The notes beneath the pieces were generated by a model. That model was not told the DNA's origin. It saw only the letters and a program-made list of their open reading frames with translations, and ran no database searches. From Candidatus Krumholzibacteriota bacterium (GTDB lineage: Bacteria; Krumholzibacteriota; Krumholzibacteriia; JAJRXK01), in the NCBI GenBank assembly GCA_963806035.1, contig CAWDWO010000007.1, positions 1-64,000 on the forward strand: 64,000 nucleotides of DNA. Direction: 5' to 3'. Both the position numbers and the translations under genes were made by a program. This document shows, piece by piece, positions 48,382-56,963 of the stretch (its first letter is position 1; each line of letters opens with the position of its first letter).

Positions 48382-49971
48382 TCAGGCCAGACTGCTCAGG
48401 TAGTCCTGGATTTCGTCGTAGATCTCGCGTCGCAATCCGGACTTGTCCCTGGCCAGGCGGCGCAGTTCGACACCGCGGATGTATTTGACGTGAATGAAGC
48501 GCCGGACCAGCTTCACCGGCAGACGCACTGGCGAGCGGACGATCGCTAGGGGGACGTCCTTGTTCGCGAAGCCCGAGTGGAGTTTCTTGGTGGTGGCGAT
48601 GTACTCCAGCACCGCGGGGAGCCGGCAAGAACTCGCGATGAAGGTCACGATCCCCGGTTTGTTCACGACCTTGGGGTTCCGCAACAGGCCGAGAAGAATG
48701 CTCGTATTGTTGATGTTCGCCATGATGAGGTCCTTCACGTTCTCCCTCTCCTCCCCTTCTTCCTCTTCGGAAGTGGGAGGGAAAGGCAAGCCCAGAGGCG
48801 CGCGCACGCGTCGGGCAGCGTGAAGGTCGAAGCGTACGATCAACTCCCCGTCTGCGAATTCCAGGCCGGGGAGCTGCGCGGCCTGAAGTGTCTTCTCGAC
48901 GGTGGGCCCCACCGGTAATCTCAACCCATCCTCCTCGGCATAGCGGTAACTCAGGAGAACCGACTCCAAGGAATCGATCGGAACCGGCCGGAGGTGGTGA
49001 GTAAACAGCGCTCTCCCGATCTCCATCAGCAGCCGGGAGTAATAGATCAGCTTCTTGTTCTCCAGGGGACGTTCGTGCAGACCCTGCAGCAAGCTCAGCG
49101 TGGGCTGCAGCAGCTCCTCCGTCTCACAGAGCTCCCGGACGCGAGCGAGCTCCTCTGGCGCCAGAGTTTCCAGAAACACCGAATGCTGCTCGTTGAAGAG
49201 GCGGCAGTCCCTGCTCTCGTCCAGTGCGTCCAGAAAGTTGGAGACGTCGCGGATGGATACGTCGAGTTCGGCCAATCGCGGCATCATGGCGCCCACCGCC
49301 TTGACCGCGTAGGGATCGATTTCGCCCGCGATGGCCGCCGCTCGCTGCTGAGCTGCATGCTGCTCGAGGCGGGCCAGACGCACGAAGGCCTTCAGCTTCT
49401 GCTGTGACAGTTCCCCCTTCTCGCGGATTTCCTCGTGGAGAACGCCAAAGACCTTGCGCGGCACGCGGGCCGCGCCCAGGTCGAGAGGCGAGGGAAGCGC
49501 GAAGGGATTTTGCTCGCGCGGAACGAGATCGGCCAACTCGCGTTCGACCGCTTCGATTTCGTCCAGGAGCGCGGCCTGCTGGGGTTCGAGGGTTTGGCCC
49601 CGATCCCGGCGATGACGGTAGCGGGTACCGACGCGGTGAAGGTGACGAAATTCGAAGATGCCTTCGATGACCGAGGAGCCCTGCGCCCTCACCGCCATGA
49701 AAGCGGCCAGTCCGGCAATTCCAGAGTTCTCGTCATCGGCCGCCACTGCGAAAAGTCCCTTGAGCATCTCCTTGAGCGAGTCGCTTCCGATGCGCTTGCG
49801 CAGCGATTCGGTGAGAGCCAGAGAGCGCTTGATGAGCTCCCCCTCCCCCTCGAGCTGATGCAACCAGCGCCGCACCACTGGCCGCGGGCGGCAGCGTGCC
49901 AGCGCTTTCGTCGAGATTTCGAGCAGAGGTTCAGACGTCAGAAGGGGGCTGGCTGTCCGGGATTGACTCAT
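48382..49971 (-). CDS. Hypothetical helical protein (529 aa)
   Basis: Long co-directional ORF, GAGGA SD, no recognised catalytic motif; conserved-looking C-terminus LLRNPKV..VPLAIVRSP. Confidence 0.7.
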   Translation of the reverse strand: MSQSRTASPLLTSEPLLEISTKALARCRPRPVVRRWLHQLEGEGELIKRSLALTESLRKRIGSDSLKEMLKGLFAVAADDENSGIAGLAAFMAVRAQGSSVIEGIFEFRHLHRVGTRYRHRRDRGQTLEPQQAALLDEIEAVERELADLVPREQNPFALPSPLDLGAARVPRKVFGVLHEEIREKGELSQQKLKAFVRLARLEQHAAQQRAAAIAGEIDPYAVKAVGAMMPRLAELDVSIRDVSNFLDALDESRDCRLFNEQHSVFLETLAPEELARVRELCETEELLQPTLSLLQGLHERPLENKKLIYYSRLLMEIGRALFTHHLRPVPIDSLESVLLSYRYAEEDGLRLPVGPTVEKTLQAAQLPGLEFADGELIVRFDLHAARRVRAPLGLPFPPTSEEEEGEERENVKDLIMANINNTSILLGLLRNPKVVNKPGIVTFIASSCRLPAVLEYIATTKKLHSGFANKDVPLAIVRSPVRLPVKLVRRFIHVKYIRGVELRRLARDKSGLRREIYDEIQDYLSSLA

Positions 49972-50045
49972 GATTCCTCATGAAGGCTAGGAGTTCCGCG
50001 TTGAAGTGCCTCTCTGGAAAGCATGCAATCCTCACACCACCCCAC

Positions 50046-51641
50046 TCAGTCCGCCCCTCCCAGGCGCAACGAGAAACCGAGTCCCGCGGACCATTCGAGA
50101 AGCTCGCTGCGGTCCCTCACGAGTCGCAGCCAAGCCCCGGCCCTGCATCTGCCATCCCGACGGGCCAGCGCACAGAGCAGTCCCGAGGCGCCGGGCTGAA
50201 GCCAAGTGCTGGCCAGACCCGCCGTCGCCACCCCGACCGCCCAGGGAGAGGAGCGGTCCCCCCGCGCCAGCGCCAATACCCCGCGCCAGAACCACGCTCT
50301 GCCCTTTTCCAGGCTCAGGGCCAGGAGAGTGGCCACCCCGGCATCGTCCCTTTGCTGGCGAAAGCGCAGTCCGCGTCGCAGTGCGCCGCCGCGTGCCCTC
50401 TCCTGCCAATCCAGTTTGAGGAGGAAGGCTGACGGCCCAGCTTGCTCTTCGTCGACCTGCAGGACGACGGCCAGGCGTGTCGTGGCCAAGGGCCCCGAGG
50501 CCCTCAACTGCCAGCGCTCATCGACGCGCACTGCACCCGGCTTGCCGCGACGGCGCCTCCGCGCCAGAGCCGCAAAAGTCCAGGCTCCTCCACTCAAACG
50601 ACCGCTGGTCTGAATCACGCGATGTTCACGGTCCGTGGACTGGCCGGTGATGGGATCCTGACCGGAGGCATCGCCGGGCCCGGCCTGCGTCAACGCCACC
50701 CCCCAGCGCGCCGGGCCTTCCCGAAACTGCAGGGCCGCGCACACTCGATCCGAAGCCGAGGAACCCGGAGAAAAATCACGCACCCATTCCAGACGGGCTC
50801 GTAAGTCCTCGCGCTGCAAGGCGAAAAACAGTCCCGCTTCATCCTGATCTCGAAGTGCCAGCCCCAGCTCCGTTCCCTTCGAGGGGGCGAAGCGATACCC
50901 CACGAAAGCGAGGAAGGGAGCGGCATGGGTGTCCTCTGCTGCGCCGCGGGCCAGAAGGAGATGCCAGCTCTCGAGTTCGAGTTCGATGCCCCCGCCGCGC
51001 CAACTCTCGCCATAGAAACTGAGCCGGGGACGCAGGCGAGTTGCTCCGTTCAGCGAGGGACCGGCGGTTCGCGAGCGAAGCGAGGGATTTTCCAGCAGGA
51101 GGGGCCAGGGAAGCTTGGGGCGAAAGTCACCCACGATCAGTCTGCCCCAGCTCGCACGGTAGCTGGCCGCCGCGCTGCTCACCGTGCCTGGTCCGGGTTC
51201 AGCTTGTGCGAGGATCCTCAATTCATCCCGCTGCACCAGCAATCGAGGACGATGCCGCGCCGCGGCGTCCGGCTTCCAGGCGCTGCGATCTTCGAACTGG
51301 AGTTGGGCCTGATGAACCCGCGGGTGCAAGGAAACGAAAGGAGTCAGGGCCGCGATCCTGGCTTCGTCCATGCCCGGAATGCTCAGCAGATCCTCTAAAG
51401 TGGAGAGACCACCGTGTTCTCGCAGCCCCACGATCGCGCCGGCCAAACCCGCGTCCAGCCAGGGCAACAGGGCCAACTCTTCTTCGGTGGCCGTATCGAG
51501 ATCCAAGGGTTCGTCGAGCCACTCCTTCAGTTGATCGATCATTTCGTCGCTTTCCGCAGCGTGGGCCGGATTCGCGCCTGGCAACAGAGCGAGTGAGAGA
51601 AACAGCCACAGGTGGATGCCCGCGCGCCTCATCCGCTTCAT
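50046..51641 (-). CDS. Signal peptide + ComEA-type helix-hairpin-helix + probable beta-barrel
   Basis: PLDLDTATEEELALLPWL..AIVGLREHGG..EDLLSIPGM; amphipathic beta-rich remainder. Confidence 0.75.
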   Translation of the reverse strand: MKRMRRAGIHLWLFLSLALLPGANPAHAAESDEMIDQLKEWLDEPLDLDTATEEELALLPWLDAGLAGAIVGLREHGGLSTLEDLLSIPGMDEARIAALTPFVSLHPRVHQAQLQFEDRSAWKPDAAARHRPRLLVQRDELRILAQAEPGPGTVSSAAASYRASWGRLIVGDFRPKLPWPLLLENPSLRSRTAGPSLNGATRLRPRLSFYGESWRGGGIELELESWHLLLARGAAEDTHAAPFLAFVGYRFAPSKGTELGLALRDQDEAGLFFALQREDLRARLEWVRDFSPGSSASDRVCAALQFREGPARWGVALTQAGPGDASGQDPITGQSTDREHRVIQTSGRLSGGAWTFAALARRRRRGKPGAVRVDERWQLRASGPLATTRLAVVLQVDEEQAGPSAFLLKLDWQERARGGALRRGLRFRQQRDDAGVATLLALSLEKGRAWFWRGVLALARGDRSSPWAVGVATAGLASTWLQPGASGLLCALARRDGRCRAGAWLRLVRDRSELLEWSAGLGFSLRLGGAD

Positions 51642-52396
51642 CGCGCTTCCCTCCCCTCTGGCCGGGCAAGTTCCAGCGCGAGATAGGGTCCCGCATCGAT
51701 ACTCGACACCAGAGGGAACGCGAGCGCGAGATTGAGTGAGGAAAATCGCAGTCCCAGATGCAGGCTGCCCCCCCTTGCGTCACCCCGGTACGCGAGCGAA
51801 AGCGGAGCGAGCAGCAGCTCGAGACCCGCGCTCCAAATGCCTCGCTCCTCGAAAGGGGAGTCCTCTCGCATGAGCGCCGCCGCCCAAGCGCTTCCTTCCA
51901 GCTCGAATACGTATGCGGCGCTCGAGGGAAGTCGAACACCTTCATGCTCCAGAGGAAATTCCTGCTCGATACCGAAAGCGAAGCCGCGCGCCGTGAGCAC
52001 TAGAGCCAGTTCACCCCGCGAACTCAGCTCGCTGGCGATCGTCTCCACCTCTCTCTTCTGGCGCTGCACTCGGGCGTGCACGCGGAACCCGGTCCCGGTG
52101 AATCGAAACCCCAGTCCCAGCTCCTGCTCGGAATAGGCTGCCGCGCGCAGCTGGCCGGCAAGAGTCCAGACGAGAACGGAGGAACTCAGGCCGAAGGCTC
52201 CCTCCAACCAGCTCTGACTGGAGGGCGCGAAGCTGACCGGGTTTCCCGCACCCAAGCGCAAACGGGCAGAGGGTGCGCGCATCCAGCAATCGCCGGGCAG
52301 AGCTTCCATGCGCCTCGGACCCGAAAAGGTTTCGGCGTGTGCGCTGAGCTGAAGGATGAAGAGGAGGGCGATGACGAGCAGCCCCGGCCACCTCAT
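51638..52396 (-). CDS. Hypothetical exported protein, probable small beta-barrel
   Basis: Signal peptide MRWPGLLVIALLFILQLSAHA; alternating beta strands; ATGA overlaps on both sides. Confidence 0.6.
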   Translation of the reverse strand: MRWPGLLVIALLFILQLSAHAETFSGPRRMEALPGDCWMRAPSARLRLGAGNPVSFAPSSQSWLEGAFGLSSSVLVWTLAGQLRAAAYSEQELGLGFRFTGTGFRVHARVQRQKREVETIASELSSRGELALVLTARGFAFGIEQEFPLEHEGVRLPSSAAYVFELEGSAWAAALMREDSPFEERGIWSAGLELLLAPLSLAYRGDARGGSLHLGLRFSSLNLALAFPLVSSIDAGPYLALELARPEGREAR

Positions 52397-54030
52397 GGTC
52401 GCCGTCCCAGTGCGACCAGCGCCGTCCAGCGACGCGGCGCCAACTCTCCGCCTTCGCTCTGTACCACCACCACATAGGCCCCCATGGGAACCCGTTGGCC
52501 GCGGCTGGAGCGTCCGTCCCAGATCCACTGCCGCAAATTGCCCCCCGAGGTATCGTTGCCCAGCTCGGCGACGGTCGTCCCCAGGAGATCCCTGATCTCG
52601 GCCTGGACTCTGAGCCCGCTCAGCTCGGCGTGCAGCAGCACGTGGAGGATGTCTCCTTCGCCGTCGCCATCGGGACTGAAGGGATTGGGAGAGAGCGCCA
52701 GGCCACTCTCTGGGCTGCTGAGGGCGGCGGCGGAATTCTCCTCTCCCGGACTGGGAGAGCCCGGAGAGAGAAACCAGGCACTGGGAGCCTCGGGACTGAC
52801 GAAACCACGTTCCATGCTCCTGCCGGCTTCGCCCACCAAATCGTCGCCGTAGCGAAGTTCGTCCACGACGGTTCCGCTGTCGTCACGCAAGAGAATCCGG
52901 TCCGCGAACTCGCTTCCGCCACTGGAGCTGTTGTTGAGCGAGGGCCATCCACCATCGGGGAGAACGACGGGTAGCTGCGATGAGAGCGCAAAGACGGATC
53001 GAAGTGCCTGCGGATCGGAGGAGAGGAGCGCGAAGCCCTCAGCGGAAAAGCCGAGTCCATCGAGTCCTCGCCAGTCCTCGGTGGCATCGGTGATCGCCCA
53101 GCCGTCGAGCACCTGTGGTGCGTCCGGTTCCCCCTTCAACTCGATCCACTCGGGGTGATCCGCGAGCGGCTTGGCCATGACCTCGTTCAAGAGAACCGGC
53201 CCGGGTCCCACTTGATATCCCAAGCTGGCGACCGCGGTGCTGTCGCTTCCCCAAGAGAGCTGGAAACGATGGCGGCCGCGGCTCAGCCACGCTTCCACCC
53301 GGCTTTGCAGTGTGTCACCGGGAGCGGCCTGAAGGACCTGTTGTTCCAGAGGAGTCGCGTCCAGGCTCCAACGCAGCGAGAATTCCTGCTGGGGAGCGAA
53401 ACCATCGACTTGGGCGGAGAACTCGAGTGCGACCTCTCCGGGCATTGCCAGGAAGGACGGCGAGGCACTCAGCCGCAGAAGATGCAGACTCTCGGCCCGC
53501 GCATTGGGACGGCCCGGAGTGGGAGGACTCAGGGCGGAGAAGTCCGCTCGATTGTCGTCGCTGTCGGCGCCGTCGGGGATGCGACCCAAACTCTCACCTG
53601 AGACATCCGGCGCCGCTTCGCCCTCTCCCAGCCCTTCGATTTCGCCCCAAGCCACTCGGTCGAGGATCGTCTCGTCGCGAGCCAACCACAGAGCATCCGG
53701 ACCGTTCTGCAGATTCAGTGCTGCCTCGTCGTCCCTTCCTGCGACCTCGGCCCCACCCACGAGATAGAACTCACCCGGTGCCAGACTGAGTCCCGCCTTC
53801 GCCGTCCACACCACACTTGGCTGTTCGGGCGCCGCACCATTGACGAAGAGCAAACGGACGCCATCCAGAGAAATCGCGGTGTCGCCGTCGGCGTAGAGTT
53901 CCACGAACTCCCGGCCCCCGTCACTCCCCTTTGGATCGTAGAGAATCTCGTTGAGAACGAGTTGAGCGTGCGCGCGGGCGGGAAGCGTGAGACAGAGCAG
54001 AAGACCGAGGATGCGAAGCATGTGACGCAC
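52393..54030 (-). CDS. Secreted protein with two lamin-tail domains and FlgD-Ig/T9SS-like C-terminal domain
   Basis: LNEILYDP..EFVELY, LNEVMAKP..EWIEL, PTPG/PSPG, SPNPFSPDGDG..WDG..G.Y. Confidence 0.85.
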   Translation of the reverse strand: MRHMLRILGLLLCLTLPARAHAQLVLNEILYDPKGSDGGREFVELYADGDTAISLDGVRLLFVNGAAPEQPSVVWTAKAGLSLAPGEFYLVGGAEVAGRDDEAALNLQNGPDALWLARDETILDRVAWGEIEGLGEGEAAPDVSGESLGRIPDGADSDDNRADFSALSPPTPGRPNARAESLHLLRLSASPSFLAMPGEVALEFSAQVDGFAPQQEFSLRWSLDATPLEQQVLQAAPGDTLQSRVEAWLSRGRHRFQLSWGSDSTAVASLGYQVGPGPVLLNEVMAKPLADHPEWIELKGEPDAPQVLDGWAITDATEDWRGLDGLGFSAEGFALLSSDPQALRSVFALSSQLPVVLPDGGWPSLNNSSSGGSEFADRILLRDDSGTVVDELRYGDDLVGEAGRSMERGFVSPEAPSAWFLSPGSPSPGEENSAAALSSPESGLALSPNPFSPDGDGEGDILHVLLHAELSGLRVQAEIRDLLGTTVAELGNDTSGGNLRQWIWDGRSSRGQRVPMGAYVVVVQSEGGELAPRRWTALVALGRRP

Positions 54031-54106
54031 CTCCCGGGAGACTCGAGCGAAGGAGGCGCGAAATTTCTCAGTGCAAAAGCGAGAAAGAAGCCGGCGGCGA
54101 AAGAGC

Positions 54107-56341
54107 TCAGACGAGCCCCCAGCGCCGTCGGAGCATCCACTCCAGACTGAGCAACAGTAGAAGAGGAGCGAAGAGCTTGAAGCTCGCCCACAGAGGCGTG
54201 CGAGATCGAGTCACTTTGAGCTTGGACTTCAAAGGCAAATTGCGCGCCCACTCGCTCAGCTCAGCCCTCGTGACCACGCTTCCACCGGTGGAGCGTGCAA
54301 TGGACGCGAGCTGCGCGAAGTCTACGCCGGGATGCTGATACTCCACCGAGTAGGGATCCACGGCGAGCGAACTCCAGGGAGAAAAAATACGGCCCGAACT
54401 CTCCTCCAAGGCGAGTCGAAACTGGTAGTGGCCCGCGGGCAGAGGGGGAATCGCGAGCTGTCTGCCTCCGGGCGGTCCATTTTGTGCCCGCTGCATGAGG
54501 GCGCGACCCAATACCGTGGTGTTCGAATCCGCGCCAGCAGAGGGTTCCTTTCTCCACTCGATCCACAGATCACTGCTCTCGTCCGGCTGACGACGAGCAT
54601 CCAAGACCACCGCCCGCAAGAGTGCGTCCTCGCCACGCGCGACCACGGGTCGCGGAAGGATGAGTTGCAGACGCTTTCGGCTGGCGCCCTCGGCCAGGTA
54701 GTAGATGAGATTGCCCACCAGGGCCCGGTAAACGTCCTCCCCCTCTCGCTCGCCCAGCCGCCAGAAAGACCAGCTCCACATGGGAGCCGCCGACCAGCAT
54801 GCCACCGTTCCCTTGGCGCTGCTCTTCAAGCTGAGCAACGGAGTCGTGCCTTCAGAGTCTTCCGCCTGCAGGAGAACGTCGGCGTCAGGCTTGGCAACGA
54901 TGCCGTGAACTGCATCCCACAGGGGAGGCATTTGCTCCAGTCGCTCCAGCGGATCCCCCACCGAAGCGGGAAAGGCGAAGATCGGGCTCGAGATTCCCGC
55001 GGGAAGAAGTCGTACGCGATGCCGCGCGCGCTTCCATCGAGAGGCCGAGCTGAGCTGAACCGGCAAGAGTTCGCTGGCCTCGCGAGACAGCGAGCTGGGC
55101 GGCTGCCCGCGAGCCTCACCGAAGAGCACCCAGAGTCCGGCCCCTTCCCGCACCGAGGCGATCATGCCCGGAGCCCGCTCGCTCAGTTGCGCAAAATCTT
55201 CCAGAGAGAGGATGACCCAGGCGTCGACTCCGGCCGCCGCCGTGGCATCCACGGGCGGGGTCCATGTACTGTCGCTTCCGGCTTTCTGCCATCGATCCAC
55301 CGCACGGTAGACGCCTTCGACATCGAAGCGTGGATCCTCGGCGAGACGACGCCGCAGAAAATGAAAATCCCAACCGGGTCGCGACTGGACGATCATGATG
55401 TGCAGACGGTCCTTGAGAACTTCCGCGCCAATCTCGATCGCGTTGTTGTCCTGGAGCGCTTCGGAAGGAAGTGGGGTCAATCGCAGCACGCGGCGCAGCA
55501 TACCCAGGCTGTCAGCCCGTACCACGAAACTCAAAGGGATGCGCCCGCCTCCTCTCGGCCAAGAAAAACTGAGCGTGTCCGGGCTGGCACCACCCTGCAA
55601 GATGGCGCGCGCATGTCCCGCGTTGGCGGATTCCACCACCGCCTCGGCCGTTATTTCGATCTGATCGCCGCGGTAAGCCACCGTGGGATAGTGGACGCGA
55701 TCGAGACGTAGATCGCCTGGACCATTGCTGTCACCCACGGCGAGCGTGAACACGGGCAGACTGAGGCCGCGCAGTGAGGGCAACTCCGGATCCGTGCTCC
55801 TGCCGTCACTCAAGAGCAGAATCGCCTGCAGATTGTCCTCCAGGTGGGATTGCGCGGCCGACAAGAGGAGCGCGGGCAGATTGGTCCCCTCCTGCGAGCC
55901 TGCCTGCAGCTCGCGATGCAAACGGCGCGATCCTTCCGCGCTGAAAAGCTGTGGCTTTTCCGGCCGCCCGGACAGTTGCCTCTGGGCAAGCTCGGCCAGA
56001 TCGCGCGCGTCCTGCAGGCGTGTCGAACCGTCGTGGGATTTCAAAGTCATGCTGCCGCTGTCATCCACCAGCGTGAGCACGCTGGGCGAAAGCCGCTTGC
56101 TGTGACGCGAGAAGAGAACCGGCTCGAGAATCAAGAACAGCAGGAGCAGGAGTGCGCTGGCACGCAGAAGGCGCAGGATCCAGCGGCGGCTCGTGTTGAG
56201 CGAGGGCTGGGTGCGATGGTACGCGAGATACGATACGGCGAGTCCGACGATCAAAAGCAGGATGACCAGTGACCAGTCGAGGGCGCCCTTGGGCCAGACG
56301 CTCAGTTTTGCCAAGGGGAGAGAAAGGGATGAGAGGGTCAC
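54107..56341 (-). CDS. Membrane protein with VWA (MIDAS) domain, Ig-like and glutaminase-like regions
   Basis: N-terminal TMs, DDSGSM, LLSDG, NN motif, C-terminal LEWMLRRRWGLV. Confidence 0.82.
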   Translation of the reverse strand: MTLSSLSLPLAKLSVWPKGALDWSLVILLLIVGLAVSYLAYHRTQPSLNTSRRWILRLLRASALLLLLFLILEPVLFSRHSKRLSPSVLTLVDDSGSMTLKSHDGSTRLQDARDLAELAQRQLSGRPEKPQLFSAEGSRRLHRELQAGSQEGTNLPALLLSAAQSHLEDNLQAILLLSDGRSTDPELPSLRGLSLPVFTLAVGDSNGPGDLRLDRVHYPTVAYRGDQIEITAEAVVESANAGHARAILQGGASPDTLSFSWPRGGGRIPLSFVVRADSLGMLRRVLRLTPLPSEALQDNNAIEIGAEVLKDRLHIMIVQSRPGWDFHFLRRRLAEDPRFDVEGVYRAVDRWQKAGSDSTWTPPVDATAAAGVDAWVILSLEDFAQLSERAPGMIASVREGAGLWVLFGEARGQPPSSLSREASELLPVQLSSASRWKRARHRVRLLPAGISSPIFAFPASVGDPLERLEQMPPLWDAVHGIVAKPDADVLLQAEDSEGTTPLLSLKSSAKGTVACWSAAPMWSWSFWRLGEREGEDVYRALVGNLIYYLAEGASRKRLQLILPRPVVARGEDALLRAVVLDARRQPDESSDLWIEWRKEPSAGADSNTTVLGRALMQRAQNGPPGGRQLAIPPLPAGHYQFRLALEESSGRIFSPWSSLAVDPYSVEYQHPGVDFAQLASIARSTGGSVVTRAELSEWARNLPLKSKLKVTRSRTPLWASFKLFAPLLLLLSLEWMLRRRWGLV

Positions 56342-56490
56342 CGCGATTCCACTGCTCCGGGAAGGCTCTTGAAAGAGTCGGGGTGCGGGGCCGACCCGAG
56401 GTCCACGCGTTCCTTCGCGGCGAGGACGAAGTTAGGCGTGGAGGACTTGCTGAATACTCTACATACGATGGGACCCGATTCGCCACCCGG

Positions 56491-56522
56491 AAACAAAAGC
56501 GCCGGCGGAGTCCGCCGGCGCT
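56491..56522 (-). terminator. Rho-independent terminator after the STAS gene
   Basis: AGCGCCGGCGGA-C-TCCGCCGGCGCT hairpin followed by TTTGTTT on the minus strand. Confidence 0.8.
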
Positions 56523-56547
56523 CAGGAGTTCAGGAAAGCGGATTTTC

Positions 56548-56907
56548 TCAGGTCGTCGCCGATGCGCTCACGGCCTCTTCGACCGTGGCGAAGGCCTCGA
56601 GGATGTTCTGGAATTCCAACAGTTCGAACACTTCGTAGACGTCGGGAACCATGCCAACCAAGCGTAAGTCGCCGCCGTTTTCGCGGATCTCGCGAATGAC
56701 GCTGATGAAGATGCCCCAGCCGGCCGAGGAGATGTAGGAGACCCGTGAGAGGTCCACGATGATCTTGTAACGCTTCGACTGAATCAGGGACTTGATCTCC
56801 CTCTCGAATTCCGCCGAGGTGGTCGTGTCGATGTAGCCTGCCACTTCCAGGACCTGCTGATCCGGGCAGGATTCGTGCGCCTTCGAAATGACCATGATCC
56901 CATCCAT
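56548..56907 (-). CDS. STAS-domain anti-anti-sigma factor (RsbV/SpoIIAA-like)
   Basis: GYID, DLSRVSYISSAG (phospho-Ser motif), GGDLRL, VFELL. Confidence 0.93.
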   Translation of the reverse strand: MDGIMVISKAHESCPDQQVLEVAGYIDTTTSAEFEREIKSLIQSKRYKIIVDLSRVSYISSAGWGIFISVIREIRENGGDLRLVGMVPDVYEVFELLEFQNILEAFATVEEAVSASATT

Positions 56908-56963
56908 CGAAAGCCCATCTCTTTCTATGCTTGAGCTACCTTAGCTAAGCTATTGCAGCAGAA

